A stretch of DNA of 64,000 bases from assembly GCA_951406725.2 (NCBI GenBank), contig OX597830.1, positions 26,164,001-26,228,000 of the forward strand, read 5' to 3'. The first letter of the stretch is position 1. Every line of letters starts with the position of its first letter. Source of the DNA: Octopus vulgaris. Lineage: Eukaryota. The notes beneath the pieces are model-generated. The model did no database searches and was not told the DNA's origin. It worked only from the letters and a program-made list of their open reading frames with translations. Below, in pieces: positions 28,603 through 40,762 of this stretch. Both the position numbers and the translations under genes were made by a program.

Positions 28603-28686
28603 TTATGGTCTTCCATTTATTCTGTCCGGTAAAATTGGTGGTACTATATTATCTAGATACGAGCTTATCTTTTGTCTGTTGATGAG
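28603..28686 (-). CDS. Gene A terminal coding exon: LINRQKISSYLDNIVPPILPDRINGRP-stop
   Basis: Strong acceptor (ttttccttatttgcag), phase 0, TAA at 28603-28605, AATAAA signals about 280 nt downstream. The nine exons sum to 1146 nt (381 aa plus stop). Confidence 0.62.
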   Translation of the reverse strand, partial: LINRQKISSYLDNIVPPILPDRINGRP

Positions 28687-29525
28687 CTGCAAATAAGGAA
28701 AATGCTTAATTATCCCACATGGTTAATATAAATTGTATATGTAAAATAAATACGAAATTTATGCACGTATATTAAAGAAGAATGGCTCGACATGCTTTTT
28801 AATATCGTACGATTATTGCTATTCCATTTTCGTTTATTTTCACGTGATCTTCGATATCCTTCAATAAATAAAATAAATAAATGCGCTCTTTTAAAGCCTA
28901 GCCAGGCTCATGGGCCCGGTTTCCCGGTTTCTATGGCGTATATGTTCCCCAGCTGGACGGGACGCTAGTCCATCGCAGCTTTACTGAGTGGACTGGAGCA
29001 ACGTGAAATGAAGTGTTTTGCTCAAGAACACAACGCGTCGCCCGGTCCAGGAATCGAAACCACAATCTTACAATCATGATGCTGACACCCTAACCACTGA
29101 GCCACGTGCCTACACGATATCCTTCAATAATGTATTATCATTTCTCTCGTTATTTTTATTGCTTTACCCGAAATTTCTTTCCATTGTGGTTAGAGTTTTT
29201 CAAAACTATAAAGGACAACCATTGGATAATTTTGCGTTATCTCTCTTAGGCACTTTTTGGGGGGAAATTTCAACATTTGCCATTCAAACATTTAGCGACA
29301 AACCTATCGCTTATTGACAAAATATTTTCATCGACTCATCTCCGTTGTGGCAGCCGTAAGTCATCCAGTATTCATGAGAATCGGTTCCTTAGAAGATGTC
29401 CTTGTTTGCACAACCACACACTATACTATAAAGTGTACAACAGTATGGATACAGGATTGAATCACACTCTCTCTCCCTCTTTCTGTCTGTCTCTATCTGT
29501 CTGTCTGTTAAATTTATAAACAACT

Positions 29526-29677
29526 TATAAACAAAGGCAAAAGAAAAAAATTCCAATGCCTAATATGCTGAAAATAGACAAATCGTCAATAACCATATGA
29601 TTCATATAATTATATGGTTATTGACGATTTGTCTATTTTCGGCATATTTGGCATTGGAATTTTTTTCTTTTGCCCTT

Positions 29678-29684
<7 letters not shown>
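29526..29684. repeat. Foldback (about 73-bp arms)
   Basis: tataaacaaaggcaaaag...aaccatat / atatggtt...cccttgtttata. Confidence 0.85.
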
Positions 29685-29771
<87 letters not shown>

Positions 29772-30445
29772 TTCTGTTTTCTTTTCACTTTGTAGTTTAC
29801 TTTGTACCTTCTCGCATTGTTCTGGCTTTACACATACACAAAAACACGCGCGCGCACACACGCACACACACACACACGCATATTCTATCTTCTCCACCTC
29901 CTCTTGCTCCTGCTCTGCTTCTTCCTTCTTCCCCATTCCTCCTCCTCCTCTTACCTCTCTTTCTCTTCTTCCTCTACACAATTTTGTGCAATGTGTTTCA
30001 GCCAATCATATCAATGTGGTTGAGTGGCTTTTGTCTTCTAATAAGATGCGGAAGCGGAAGTCACCCAAAATATAAGATCCGATATAACCAGGTATTGGTG
30101 ATGCGCAAGGGTCAAGCCTGACCCGACCGTAACGAGGTTGTGACAAGGTTTGGCAATCAAGTACTTCAAATTCAACAAGGGTGGCCACGTTCAGGTCGCT
30201 TACAGCAGACAAGCTGCTAACTTTCTTCTTTTATCATTTACTAGTTCCGGTTCACTGCCTTGAAGTGTTTCTACTCGAACAAATCGATCTCCTTTTCTGT
30301 GTTTCATTTTGCTGTCTAGTATATATTCTGCTGGTCTCCGTTGTCGAACCACTAAGTTACGGGTATGTAAATAAAGCAACACAAGCCCAAAGACGCATAT
30401 ATGCATACATGCATACACATATACATACACAAACACAGACACACA

Positions 30446-30486
<41 letters not shown>

Positions 30487-31007
30487 ATAGGAGGAAGAGT
30501 AGGAGGAAGAAGGACAGGAGGAAGTTTAGGGGGAAGATGGAGAGAACGAAGGGGAGAATGAAGAAGGAGGAAAAAATGAAGAGGAGGGAGAAGAGAAGAA
30601 AATAGGAGTGGAGGTGGCGGCTGAAGAAAACACGAAACAATATCCAAGAATGTTGTGCTTACTTTTTGGTAATTAAAATTTCGTGAGTTTCTGGCTCTTA
30701 TTTCTGGAATCTGAAACAGAAACAACAAACCAAAATTATTTGAAAATTGTTTTTTTATGATGTAAAAGCAAATATCTTTTAATTAACAATTTCTTTAATT
30801 ATAATTGAAAAAGCAAACGGATCGGGTGTCAGCTTCATCGAAGAAGCATTTTATTTGTTCGATTCATACTCTTAATTCCGGGACACAGGGTGTCCAAGAA
30901 TGATCTATTTTAATGAAATCGGAATTATATAATTTCAATGAAATTAGGCAAATTTTAAAACAATTGATACAATTTTATGCGTATTACTTTATTGTGAACT
31001 GATAAGA

Positions 31008-31337
31008 AGTGGAGGCACAATGGCCCAGTGGTCAGGGCAGCAGACTCGCAGTCGTAGGATCGCTGTTTCGATTCCCAGTGTTTATTGAGCCAAAAAAACA
31101 CGTAAGGTTCCACGATCTCCGGCAGAGGGTGATGGCGAACCCTGCTGTACTCTTTCACCACAACTTTCTCTCACTCTTTCTTCCTCTTTCTGTTGTGCCT
31201 GTATTTCAAAGGGCCAGCCTTGTCACACTCTGTGTCACGCTGAATCTTCCCGAGAATTACGTTAAGGGTACACGAGTAGGCAGTTCCGTTGATCGTATCA
31301 ACTGGAACTCTCGCCGCCGTAACCGACGGAGTGCCAC
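31008..31337 (+). mobile_element. tRNA-derived SINE (second family)
   Basis: Same head; body shared with 8920-9205. Confidence 0.8.
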
Positions 31338-31564
31338 TTATAAGATAAGAATATAATCATTAAAATGATTATATTAGTGGTCTAGCACATAAAAATGACC
31401 TTATAGGTAACATTAATTTATTTACGTATATAATTTTAAAAATACACTTTTAGTTAAGGGCAACTGGAAATGACCAGCGTCTATGCTAGAAGTAGATTTC
31501 AAATATTTACAATCCGCTCTAAATTAAGTTCTCTATATGCAACCCATTATGATACTAAAGCAAA

Positions 31565-31665
31565 TCTCTCTATATATAAAGCTGAAGTTGTCTGTGTATG
31601 GCAGGTTTGGTAGCCTTCAACTAACACTATCTCCTCCGAGACGCTGCGGCGCAAGTTGACCAAAA
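31565..31665 (+). mobile_element. 5' fragment of the same non-autonomous Helitron
   Basis: About 100 nt nearly identical to 33000-33100, then (GAA)n. Confidence 0.8.
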
Positions 31666-31840
31666 GAAGAAGAAGAAGAAGAAGAAGAAGAAGAAGAAGA
31701 AGAAGAAGAAGAAGAAGAAGAAGAAGAAGAACAAGAACAAGAACAAGAAGAAGAACAAGAAGAACAAGAAGAAGAAGAAGAAGAAGAAGAAGAAGAAGAA
31801 GAAGAAGAAGAAGAAGAAAAACAAGAAAAACAAGAAGAAG
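31665..31840. repeat. (GAA)n microsatellite
   Basis: Direct reading. Confidence 0.95.
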
Positions 31841-32999
31841 GGGACGGGGAAGGGGAAGGAAGAAGAGAAGAAAATGCGGAAGAGGAAGGAGTGGAGGATG
31901 TGGTGGCTGAAGGAAACACAAATCAAAATATCCGAGGATGCTGTACTTACTACTCGGTAATCAATATTTTGTCTCATTTCAGCTCGCTTTCTTGAATGTG
32001 GTTCCTGAAAGCGAATGATTTGAAATTTTTTTGTGTTCTTTATTTATGATGAAAAGGAAAATGTTCTTTAATTAACGATTTGACAAATTATAATTAGAAA
32101 AAAACTAAGTGGATCAGGTGTCGGTTTTGTCAGGTAAGCATTTCATTTACATTATTTACATTTGATGAAATATCCGTCTAATGTAAATAATGTACATAAT
32201 TCCTCATCTCTTAAATATACGTGATTAATATAAATAAAAGGGAGCTTTTAGAAAAATTCTCCGATTTCATTAAAATAGATTGTTAATTGTAGGACACCCT
32301 GTATATTTACTGAGTATACATCAAGCAAAATGAGTGTACCTTAGGCGTTTTTTATTCTCCTTGTGTACTGGAATGTCTTTTATCTTTTTATTTTTTGATT
32401 AAGTCACCTGACTGCGGCCATGGTGAGGCACCATCATAATGGATGTTAGTCGAACAAATCGTCCCCAGGATTTATATTTTTAAAGCATACTACTAATTCT
32501 ATCGGTCTCTTTCGCAGAACCGCTAGGTTACAAGAGCGTAAACACTCTAACATCAGTTTTTAAGTGATGCTGTGTCGGACAACCACAGACACACACACAT
32601 ACACACATACACACACACACATTTTTATATATGTATAACACGGGCTTCTTTTAGTTTCTGTCTACCGAATCCACTCACAAACCTTTGGTCGACCCAAGAA
32701 CATGGTAGAATCACTTGCCCAAGGTTCCATAGAGCGGAACTAAATCCGAAACCATGTGGTAGAGAGGCAAGCTTCTTACCAGACAGCCACTCCTGCGATA
32801 CATTGTATAATGTATTCAAATGTATATAATATTTTGGAGGAATAAAAAATAAAGACGGGATGAAAATGACGGGCAAGACTTGGGTCGCACGATGGGGATT
32901 AAAACAACAACAACAAGAAGAAAACAAACAAGAGAATGTGTAACACTTTGTGAAACATGGTGGAACATTTGTCACACAACTGTTTTAAAGAATACATTA

Positions 33000-33362
33000 T
33001 CTCTCTATATATAAAGCTGAAGTTGTCTGTGTATGGCAGGTTTGGTAGCCTTCAACTAACACTATCTCCTCCGAGACCTTGCGGCGCAAGTTGACCAAAA
33101 TTGAGAGTATGATAGAAGAAGGCTTGCTCTTCCTTCCATAGAAGAAAAAATTCAAATCGGACTATGTTAACACCAAAAGTTATTTGCATTAAAAAGGTGC
33201 TTTTTTTTCTATGAAAATCCCTATTTTTTACGATTTTTTTATTCAACCAAAATGTTCACTTAAAGAGAATAACAAGCTACATAATTCAAAATTTTTACTT
33301 TTCAAAAATTCCAATTCTAAAGGGTCGAAACAAACCCGAACAACGCTGGGCGATACTGCTAG
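33000..33362 (+). mobile_element. Complete non-autonomous Helitron
   Basis: A|TCTCTCTATATATAAAG 5' end, hairpin-like cccgaacaacgctggg, CTAG|T 3' end, no target-site duplication. Confidence 0.85.
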
Positions 33363-33419
33363 TAGTATATAAAGGAGGGACACGGGTGAAAGAAACAGAT
33401 AAATAATAGAATATGTAGT

Positions 33420-34400
33420 GCTGTTGTAACAATTGATATAATGCATAAATGAATGTGTAAGATTGAAAGATACTTACTGAGTTTTGAGGTGGTCGCATGT
33501 AAATTCGTTGCTCTAAAAAAGACAAGAAGAATTTATTGATGAGGACGAAAAAGGTAATTATGCCCATAATTCGGTTTTCGTGCCTACCTTCACCTATGTT
33601 TATCAATGTAGTGAGACCAAAATGGAATTGCTCTGTGAGGTCTATGGAGTAGAGACACTCGATAAGGTGGATAGCTCGGAGATTAATGAGTCCTTCCAGG
33701 CCGACCGCTACTTTTCCACGTTGAAAGGTCACTGTTCTGGTACTACAGATATGTGATAAGAATGTCGCAGGAAAGGCGGCGAGCTGGCAGAAACGTTAGC
33801 ACGCCGGGCGAAATGCATAGCCGTATTTCGTCTGCCGTGACGTTCTGAGTTCAAATTCCGCCGAGGTCGACTTTGCCTTTCATCCTTTCGGGGGCGATTA
33901 ACTAAGTACCAGTTACGCACTGGGGTTGATATAATCGACTTAATCCGTTTGTCTGTCCTTGTTTGTCCTCTCTGTGTTTAGCCCCTTGTGGGTAATAAAG
34001 AAATAGGTATTTCGTCCTCTGTTACGTTCTGGGTCCAAATTCCGCCGAGGTCGACTTTGTCTTTCATCCTTTCGGGGTCGATAAATTAAGTACCAGTTAC
34101 GCACTTGGGTCAACGTAATCGACTTAATCCCTTTGTCTGTCCTTGTTTGTTCCCTCTATATTTATCCTCTTGTGGGCAATAATGAAATAAGAAGGTTGCA
34201 GGAAAGAATCGCAAGACGGATTTTTCAAACCGAGCGAACCGGCACGAAACCTAAGAGTAGACCATGACCAAGATAGTTAGATAATACTTTCCAACGGGAA
34301 AGTCTAACGCGGGTTGTTTCTGATAGGGCTTTATAGAGGAGGTGCCTGAAAATTCTATCTTCACGACTATCCTACGTATAGTGGAAGAGATGGATGGGTA
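33420..34400 (+). mobile_element. Degenerate RTE-clade LINE 3' region, split by a SINE
   Basis: HNSVFVPTFTY...EVYGVETLDKVDSSEINES...FHVERSL, resuming ERIARRIF after 34190. Confidence 0.65.
33774..34190 (+). mobile_element. Dimeric SINE with about 20-bp target-site duplication
   Basis: ataagaatgtcgcaggaaag / ataagaaggttgcaggaaag on either side. Confidence 0.9.
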
Positions 34401-35083
34401 GATATATTTTATAATTGATTGACTTGAGGTCATTAAATAAACAGGATCTGGCTAAAAGCATTCAGATGATAAGAAACTAACTAGAGATAATATGTTTCTT
34501 TTTAATGATTAGTCAGAAGCGAGAAGCACCTGAAAAGGGCCTCTGAGAAGGCACAAACTATGACCTTTTAAAAGGTCTTCGAGACTGATGGCAAAGAGGG
34601 AAGAAACTATCCCCAAAATGGTGTCCTAGTCTTAATGATTGTAACAGAGCAGATTCCTCTCCTATTGACATCCAAGAGCCAGGCAGTGACCCTTGGATGT
34701 TGTGGAGGGATTTGAACTCATAAAGCATAGAGATGGAACATTTATAACAAAACTTTCTTCACGGGAAAAGACAGTGTTCAAGGCTTTTTACAAGAGCTTC
34801 GAGACTGATGGGAGAAAAAAATGGGAAAGATGGACTCTTCAAACTGGGAACCTGACTTGAATGCATGCAATAGAGTACAAATCCATTCGGCTAAGGTTTC
34901 AGACTGGTACTTTGTACTTTACTTCATCAACGTTGAAAAAGTAAAAAGTGAAGGTGATCTCAGCAGAATTTGAGAAGGCAAGGAGCCAAAATAAAAATAT
35001 GGGAAAACATTTTCTCCGATGCCACACCGACTCTACTAAGAGGTAGCGGTATATACCTGCATAAGTTAATTTTAGCTAATTAC

Positions 35084-35159
35084 ATAAGAAGAATCTCTGT
35101 ATGGTAGTCTACTCTCTGGGACCCGAGAAATACGATTTTGCAATTTCCTGCTCATCAAT
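35084..35159 (-). CDS. Gene A exon 8: (R)LMSRKLQNRISRVPESRLPYRDSSY
   Basis: tttgtgcag acceptor; only the phase-2 frame is open, as exon 7 requires; GTAATT donor, phase 0. Confidence 0.55.
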
Positions 35160-35583
35160 CTGCACAAATTATTTGTTTACGGTGATTAAATGATCGTGCT
35201 GCACATTACCTCATGCCTTCCCTCAAGTCGTCATTATCTGTACAGATGCTTCATGTCAGATGCGAAAGTGATCGCAAAGCAACATATAATGAAGTGTTTT
35301 GCTCACGATCACAATGCGCCAGCCCAGGAATCGAGCTCACGATATCGCGATTGTAAGCACAACACTCTAACCACCAGATCATGCGCCTTCATATAAAATT
35401 AAATTGTCTATAGTAAGCTCATATGAACCATGAGAACCCTTTAGAGAATATATATAAGGAAATATATAAGAGCCAAGGGCTTTTGTAGAGTTAAAATTTG
35501 TTAGATGCGACCCTCCTGGCTAATATTTATCATAACTAGGTATCCCGACCAAACATCATCTTTAGTAGGCCATCATTATTAAC

Positions 35584-35689
35584 CTAATCATTTCAGGAAC
35601 GCTCGTTGTAAGAGCAAATAACTCTGCTGTTGGGAATACTTTGTTATTTCCCATGTTTTTTATAATTTCCGTAATCAGATGTATAAAAC
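35584..35689 (-). CDS. Gene A exon 7: (S)FIHLITEIIKNMGNNKVFPTAELFALTTSVPEMI
   Basis: Long pyrimidine tract plus TAG acceptor; open in phase 1; AG/GTTAAT donor (weaker). Read-through would stop at 35562. Confidence 0.62.
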
Positions 35690-36210
35690 CTATTTTGGCG
35701 AGGAGCAGGGAAAAGACATAAAAATAAAAAAAAGAAATGCTCAAAACTGTATTGAAGACCAGAATGAAAAGATTCCTAATTTTATTGTTCTCTTCACTAG
35801 AACATCATTTTTTCTTAAATTATACGCTTTTTTCCTAAATTATAGTATCTTATTTAATGTTTATCTTATATCTTACATCCACCAGATAATTTCTAAGTAT
35901 GTTTTAAATATAAAATTAGTAACAGTGACATTTCCAACCAAGTTTCGTTGAATTCCATCTTAAAGGTTCTTGTAGCAAGCATCGTCTGTTTGGTTTTTCA
36001 GGGGAGGAAGACATAAACATCCCTAATATCAGATATTTTGGTGTTTTGGTGCTTTCCCGAGTTAAAGGTGACGATAATCATTACTTTTCCGTATAGGTGC
36101 TGCTTTCGTCTCTTATAGAGATTTTCTTAACGAGCTAGTTTTTTACTACAAAATCACTGACTGTATATCAGTTAATTTCTAATATATTGCAAGCTGGAGT
36201 AAACTACTAC

Positions 36211-36665
36211 TATGTCCTGCAAACTGGACTCTCTTACCTTTCACAAGAGATAACACAGGTGGTAGTTTCCCATATATTTGCATTTTGGTTGGATGGCGCT
36301 TCCACGAGAGATTTTGAGCTCTCATAAGGAGGCGAGTGTAGGTTCCATCCAATCGCCTCTCAAGCTTCTTTGATAGCGTCCAGGTTTCTGAGCCATATAG
36401 TAGAATTGGTTCGACTGTGGCTTTGAAGATTTCAAGTTTGAAGTCTCTACTTAGATTTGATGACCAGATCTTATGCATGTCATTACAGGCTGACCAATTT
36501 GCTGGACATTGTTGTAGAGCTGAAAAAGAGGTAATTTCTACTCTTCTCTGGAAGCCATCTACTCGCAACTCTCCTACCCTGATGTAATCTCCAGGGATAC
36601 AGGCATCAAGCATGAGGACCTCCGTAATGCCATGATGGACCGTGAAGTCTGGCGTGAACTCAAGG
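36211..36665. mobile_element. RTE-clade LINE fragment with 5' inversion
   Basis: Minus strand ...ILLYGSETWTL...VQFAGH; plus strand continues AGHCCRAEKE...AMMDREVWRE. Confidence 0.85.
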
Positions 36666-36771
36666 GCGCAGGAGGGGAGACAGTATGTTAGTATTGAAAG
36701 GATGAGGAGGCGAAATGAAAGAAGGGGACGTTGTGCCGTTATTAACAAAAATATGGCATTAATGTACTCAC

Positions 36772-36802
36772 TTCTCTCTGGTAAAGGAGGTGCCTTGTCG
36801 TC
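36772..36802 (-). CDS. Gene A exon 6, 31-nt microexon: DDKAPPLPER
   Basis: Strong acceptor (cttttctctattttcag) and GTGAGT donor; phase 0 to 1 bridges exons 5 and 7. Confidence 0.75.
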
Positions 36803-36944
36803 CTGAAAATAGAGAAAAGACAAAGTTTATATCCATCCACCCCCGACAAACACCACACACACACACTCGTACATTCACATACACACACATACGCACGTAT
36901 GCATGTACGTATGTATGCATGCATGTATGTATGTATGAATTTTT

Positions 36945-37175
36945 TTTCTTTATTACCCACAAGGGGCTAAACACAGAGGGGACAAACAAGGACAGACAAA
37001 TGGATTAAGTCGATTACATCGACCCCAGTGCGTAACTGGTACTTAATTTATCGATCTCGAAAGGATGAAAGGCAAAGTCGACCTCGGCGGAATTTGAACT
37101 CAGAACATAACATCAGACGAAATACCGCTAAGCATTTCGCCCGGCGTGCTAACGTTTCTGCCAGCTCGCCGCCTT
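36945..37175 (-). mobile_element. Full-length SINE monomer
   Basis: Head aaggcggcgagctggcag to tail aataaagaaa. Confidence 0.9.
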
Positions 37176-37339
37176 ATGTATGTATGTATGTATGTATGTA
37201 TGTATGTATGCATGCATGCATGTATGTATGTATGTATGTATGTATGTATGTATGTATGTATGTATGCATGCATGTATGTATGTATGTATGTATGTATGTA
37301 TGTATGTATGTATGTATGTATGTATGTATGCATGCATGC

Positions 37340-37970
37340 ATGATTGTATGGTGTCAAAGACCAAAATGATAAAGTTTGTTTATTGATCAACATGCCTTGT
37401 GATCATAATATCTCTGCAAAAGATTAGACAAGGTCAGAAAGTATAAAAATTTCCTCAATGAAATCGAAAACCCTTTGGTTTCTCAAGGCAGTTGTTTTGT
37501 TAGTGATTGTAGGAACACTTGGAATGATCAAAAAAGGAACAGAAAAGTATTTGAGGATGATCCCTGGTTTACCATCCATGCAAAAAGTGCGATAGGTTAT
37601 CTAAAGCATAGGTTCTCAAAGCGGGCGCTACCACCCACCGTTGGACGTTGAGACGGTCCAGGTAGGCGCTGGTGGAGATAGGCGGTGGAGAAAAAGGAGG
37701 CATTGGAGGAAGGCAGTGAATTGGGGGAAGCTATGAATTTATTATAATATTATTATAATTTTGTATACAAATTATATAATATTATATTAACTGACAAATG
37801 ATTCATAGTATATATAAATTAGTAATATATAAAATTTATTATTTATACAAAAAATAGGGGTAGGCGCTGGGGGTATCATGGTGCCATGAGGTGAGGGGGG
37901 GGCAAAAACTTTGAGAGTCTCTGGTCTAAAGTTGTACGTCACACGTATTGGCAAGAGGTTTATCGCTGTG
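37340..37970 (+). mobile_element. Dong-like RLE 3' fragment interrupted by a hAT MITE
   Basis: VIVGTLGMIKKG..IPGLPS before the MITE, TSHVLARGLS after it. Confidence 0.65.
37607..37923. mobile_element. hAT-type MITE
   Basis: Imperfect TIRs cataggttctcaaag / ctttgagagtctctg; 8-bp target-site duplication atctaaag / gtctaaag. Confidence 0.75.
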
Positions 37971-38241
37971 GATTTTTTTCTTTTTTTTTTCCTTTTCTCT
38001 TCTTTTACTTTCTTTTTCGAGTTTCTTTTTCTTTTTGTCTTTTTCTTTCCCTTTTTTTTCATCACTTTCTTTCTATTACATAACTTTGTAAATGAAAATC
38101 TACTGTGTTTATTTTAATGGCCTACCAATGTATACAGTGAGTTTCTCTGCCCTATGTATCGGGAAGACACTCGGCAAGAAATTAAAACAAAATTCAAAGA
38201 GGGAGAAAAATTAAATAATAATAATAATAATAATAATAGTA

Positions 38242-38334
<93 letters not shown>

Positions 38335-38473
38335 GAAAATTGTTGGTACTTATTTCATCGATTCCGAAAGGATGTAACGATGAAACGATTCCACCGGTTC
38401 CCAGCCTTAAATACTAATACTAATTATACTAATAATACTAATACTAACAACAACAACAACAACAACAACGACG

Positions 38474-38544
<71 letters not shown>

Positions 38545-38553
38545 TAATAAAAA

Positions 38554-38608
<55 letters not shown>

Positions 38609-38614
38609 TATTAC

Positions 38615-38715
38615 TTCAGTCTCTGAAACATTCAATGCATCTTTCACTATATCCAAAAGGAGACCTTGGTAACAGTTATGTAGACCTTTGAAAATATTCT
38701 TAGATTTGGTAAAAC
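38615..38715 (-). CDS. Gene A exon 5: (G)FTKSKNIFKGLHNCYQGLLLDIVKDALNVSETE
   Basis: ttcattctcag acceptor, GTAATA donor, 101 nt, phase 1 to 0; homologous to gene B exon 1267-1358. Confidence 0.82.
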
Positions 38716-38902
38716 CTGAGAATGAAGAAACGGAAAAAAGAAAAAGCGATCCGTCAAATACAAAGATGGCGATGACAACGATGATGGAGACATGTTAATT
38801 ATGGAGACATGTTAATTATTGTAATACTGATGTTATTCAATATGGTATTGTAAGTAAAAACTTAATGCTCACCGAATAAGAATTATGCCTCGTGTAAATA
38901 TT

Positions 38903-39382
38903 CTTTTCTACTCTAGGCACAAGACCCGAAATTTTGGGGGAGAGGGCCAATCGATTAGATCAACCCCAGTACGCAACTGGTACTTAATTCATCGAAAGGA
39001 TGAAAGGCAAAATCGACCTCGGTGGAATTTGAACTCAGAACATAAAAACAGACGAAATACATATTTCTTTATTGCCCACAAGGAGCTAAGCATAGAGGGG
39101 ACAAACAAGGACAGACATAGGTATTAAGTCGATTACATCGACCCCAGTGCGTAACTGGTGCTTAATTTATCGACCCCAAAAGGATGAAAGGCAAAGTCGA
39201 CCTCGGCGGAATTTGAACTCACAACGTAACGGCAGACGAAATACCGCAAAGCATTTCGCCCGGCGTGCTAACGTTTCTTATTTCATTATTGCCCACATGG
39301 GGTTAAACATAGAAGGGACAAACAAGGACAGACGAAGGGATTAAGTCGGTTATAACGACCCAGTGCGTAACTGGTACTTATC
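38903..39382 (-). mobile_element. Multimeric SINE
   Basis: Core and tail modules repeated. Confidence 0.85.
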
Positions 39383-39544
39383 TATGTATGTATGTATGTA
39401 TGTATGTATGTATGTATGTATGTATGTATGTATGTATGTATGTTTGTATGTATGCACATATGTATATGTGCTTACACACACATCTATAAAAACATACATA
39501 CTTACAGAATGTTTCAAATATTTACACACTAATGTAAAATTTAC

Positions 39545-39703
39545 CTCTATAATTTATGCTTGGAGACTTGCAAGATCTGTAGTACTCGAATATGTCATTG
39601 ACCAAGGATTCTGTGGTGATTATCAGAATATTTGAAACGAATACTTGCTCTTCAGGACGCTTATCGTCAAACAACTGTACAGTTTTGTGTCCGGGTTTAC
39701 ATT
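39545..39703 (-). CDS. Gene A exon 4, DBB domain: (Q)CKPGHKTVQLFDDKRPEEQVFVSNILIITTESLVNDIFEYYRSCKSPSINYR
   Basis: tttttctgcag acceptor, GTAAAT donor, 159 nt, phase 1 to 1; homologous to gene B exon 4456-4647. Confidence 0.88.
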
Positions 39704-39884
39704 CTGCAGAAAAAAAAGCCCAGCAAAAAACAAACTTAATATTAATAGCGTGCTAAGGAGAATGGTAACGGTAAGGGTGGTGGGGAAGTTAGTGGGGAAA
39801 TGGTGGAGGTGTTGGCGGTAATGACGATGATGATGAATATAATGACAACGGTATATATATATATACCAATGTTACATTTTCTTT

Positions 39885-40097
39885 TTCTACTTCTATGCAC
39901 AAGGCTAGAAATTTTACAGGAGGCGGGGCCAGTCGATTAGATCGACTCCTGTATGCAACTGGTACTTAATTTATCGACCCCGAAAGGATGAAAGGCAAAG
40001 TCGACCTCGGCGGAATTTGAACTCAGAACGTAACGGCAGACGAGATACCGCTAAGCATTTCGGCCGGTATGCTAACGTTTCTCCTAGCTCGCCGCCT
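39885..40097 (-). mobile_element. SINE monomer
   Basis: Same core. Confidence 0.85.
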
Positions 40098-40224
40098 TCC
40101 AATCTTACATATTAAACACATTCCTAGGAGGCAGTACGCAAATATTAATGCCATATCCAATAATGTTACATCGTTGTATTAACTTGTTGTTTAAGCAATG
40201 TGTTTGTAGATGAATAAGGGATTA

Positions 40225-40278
40225 GATGGGTGCTGATGAAGGAGAAAAAGCTCCCGAAAAGTGGCATATACCTACATC
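40225..40278 (+). ncRNA. Minimal type I hammerhead motif
   Basis: GGGUG-CUGAUGA-AGGAG AAAAAG CUCCC-GAAA-AGUGGCA-UA|UACCU; core intact, one stem III mismatch. Confidence 0.65.
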
Positions 40279-40494
40279 ATCCTTTTTTCATCTTCGATCG
40301 CATTGTTCGTTTTTTTACATCTGACGTCTCGGGTACGAAACGTCGTAACGAAAATCAGTGTTGGTTATAATTTCTATGGAACATCTGTAGAGATGACCCT
40401 AGCAAGTAGTGTAAATCGCACTGCTAACACATGAGAACATGGTATTGATTTTATACACACATACACACTTATAGACATATATGTTATAACTTAC

Positions 40495-40624
40495 GTGGAA
40501 GGGTACAGCTCCCAATATTTTCCGCACACTGGAATACTGGGATACTGTCTGGACATTCCGAGATTTTTATCGAATACGTGGTGTCTTTTTGCTCGTTGAA
40601 TCCAATAAAAAGTGTGTTTTGACC
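40495..40624 (-). CDS. Gene A exon 3, DBB domain: GQNTLFIGFNEQKDTTYSIKISECPDSIPVFQCAENIGSCTLP
   Basis: ttgacag acceptor, GTAAGT donor, 130 nt, phase 0 to 1; homologous to gene B exon 6276-6408. Confidence 0.88.
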
Positions 40625-40762
40625 CTGTCAATAGATGAAATATGAAACATCTAATGTAACAGTGAATTATCATAATCCATCATCATCATTCTCCTCCTTC
40701 TCCTCCTCCTCCTCCTCATCATCAAGTACGCAAGCAATGCTCTCGCTCCAAATACACACATA

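Larger units (their letters stand above)
30886..32302. mobile_element. Tc1/mariner-like TIR pair enclosing nested insertions
   Basis: cagggtgtcc..atctattttaatgaaatcgga / tccgatttcattaaaatagat..ggacaccctg-TA. Confidence 0.55.

Noticed and set aside
30002-30075. Plus-strand ankyrin-like terminal exon NHINVVEWLL
   Set aside because: Too short, with no supporting upstream plus-strand exons.
34251-34376. Candidate gene A exon after cgtag
   Set aside because: It is the antisense of the RTE LINE remnant.
36179-36823. 214-aa ORF as a single gene
   Set aside because: Chance fusion of the gene A microexon, intron sequence and an inverted RTE fragment.
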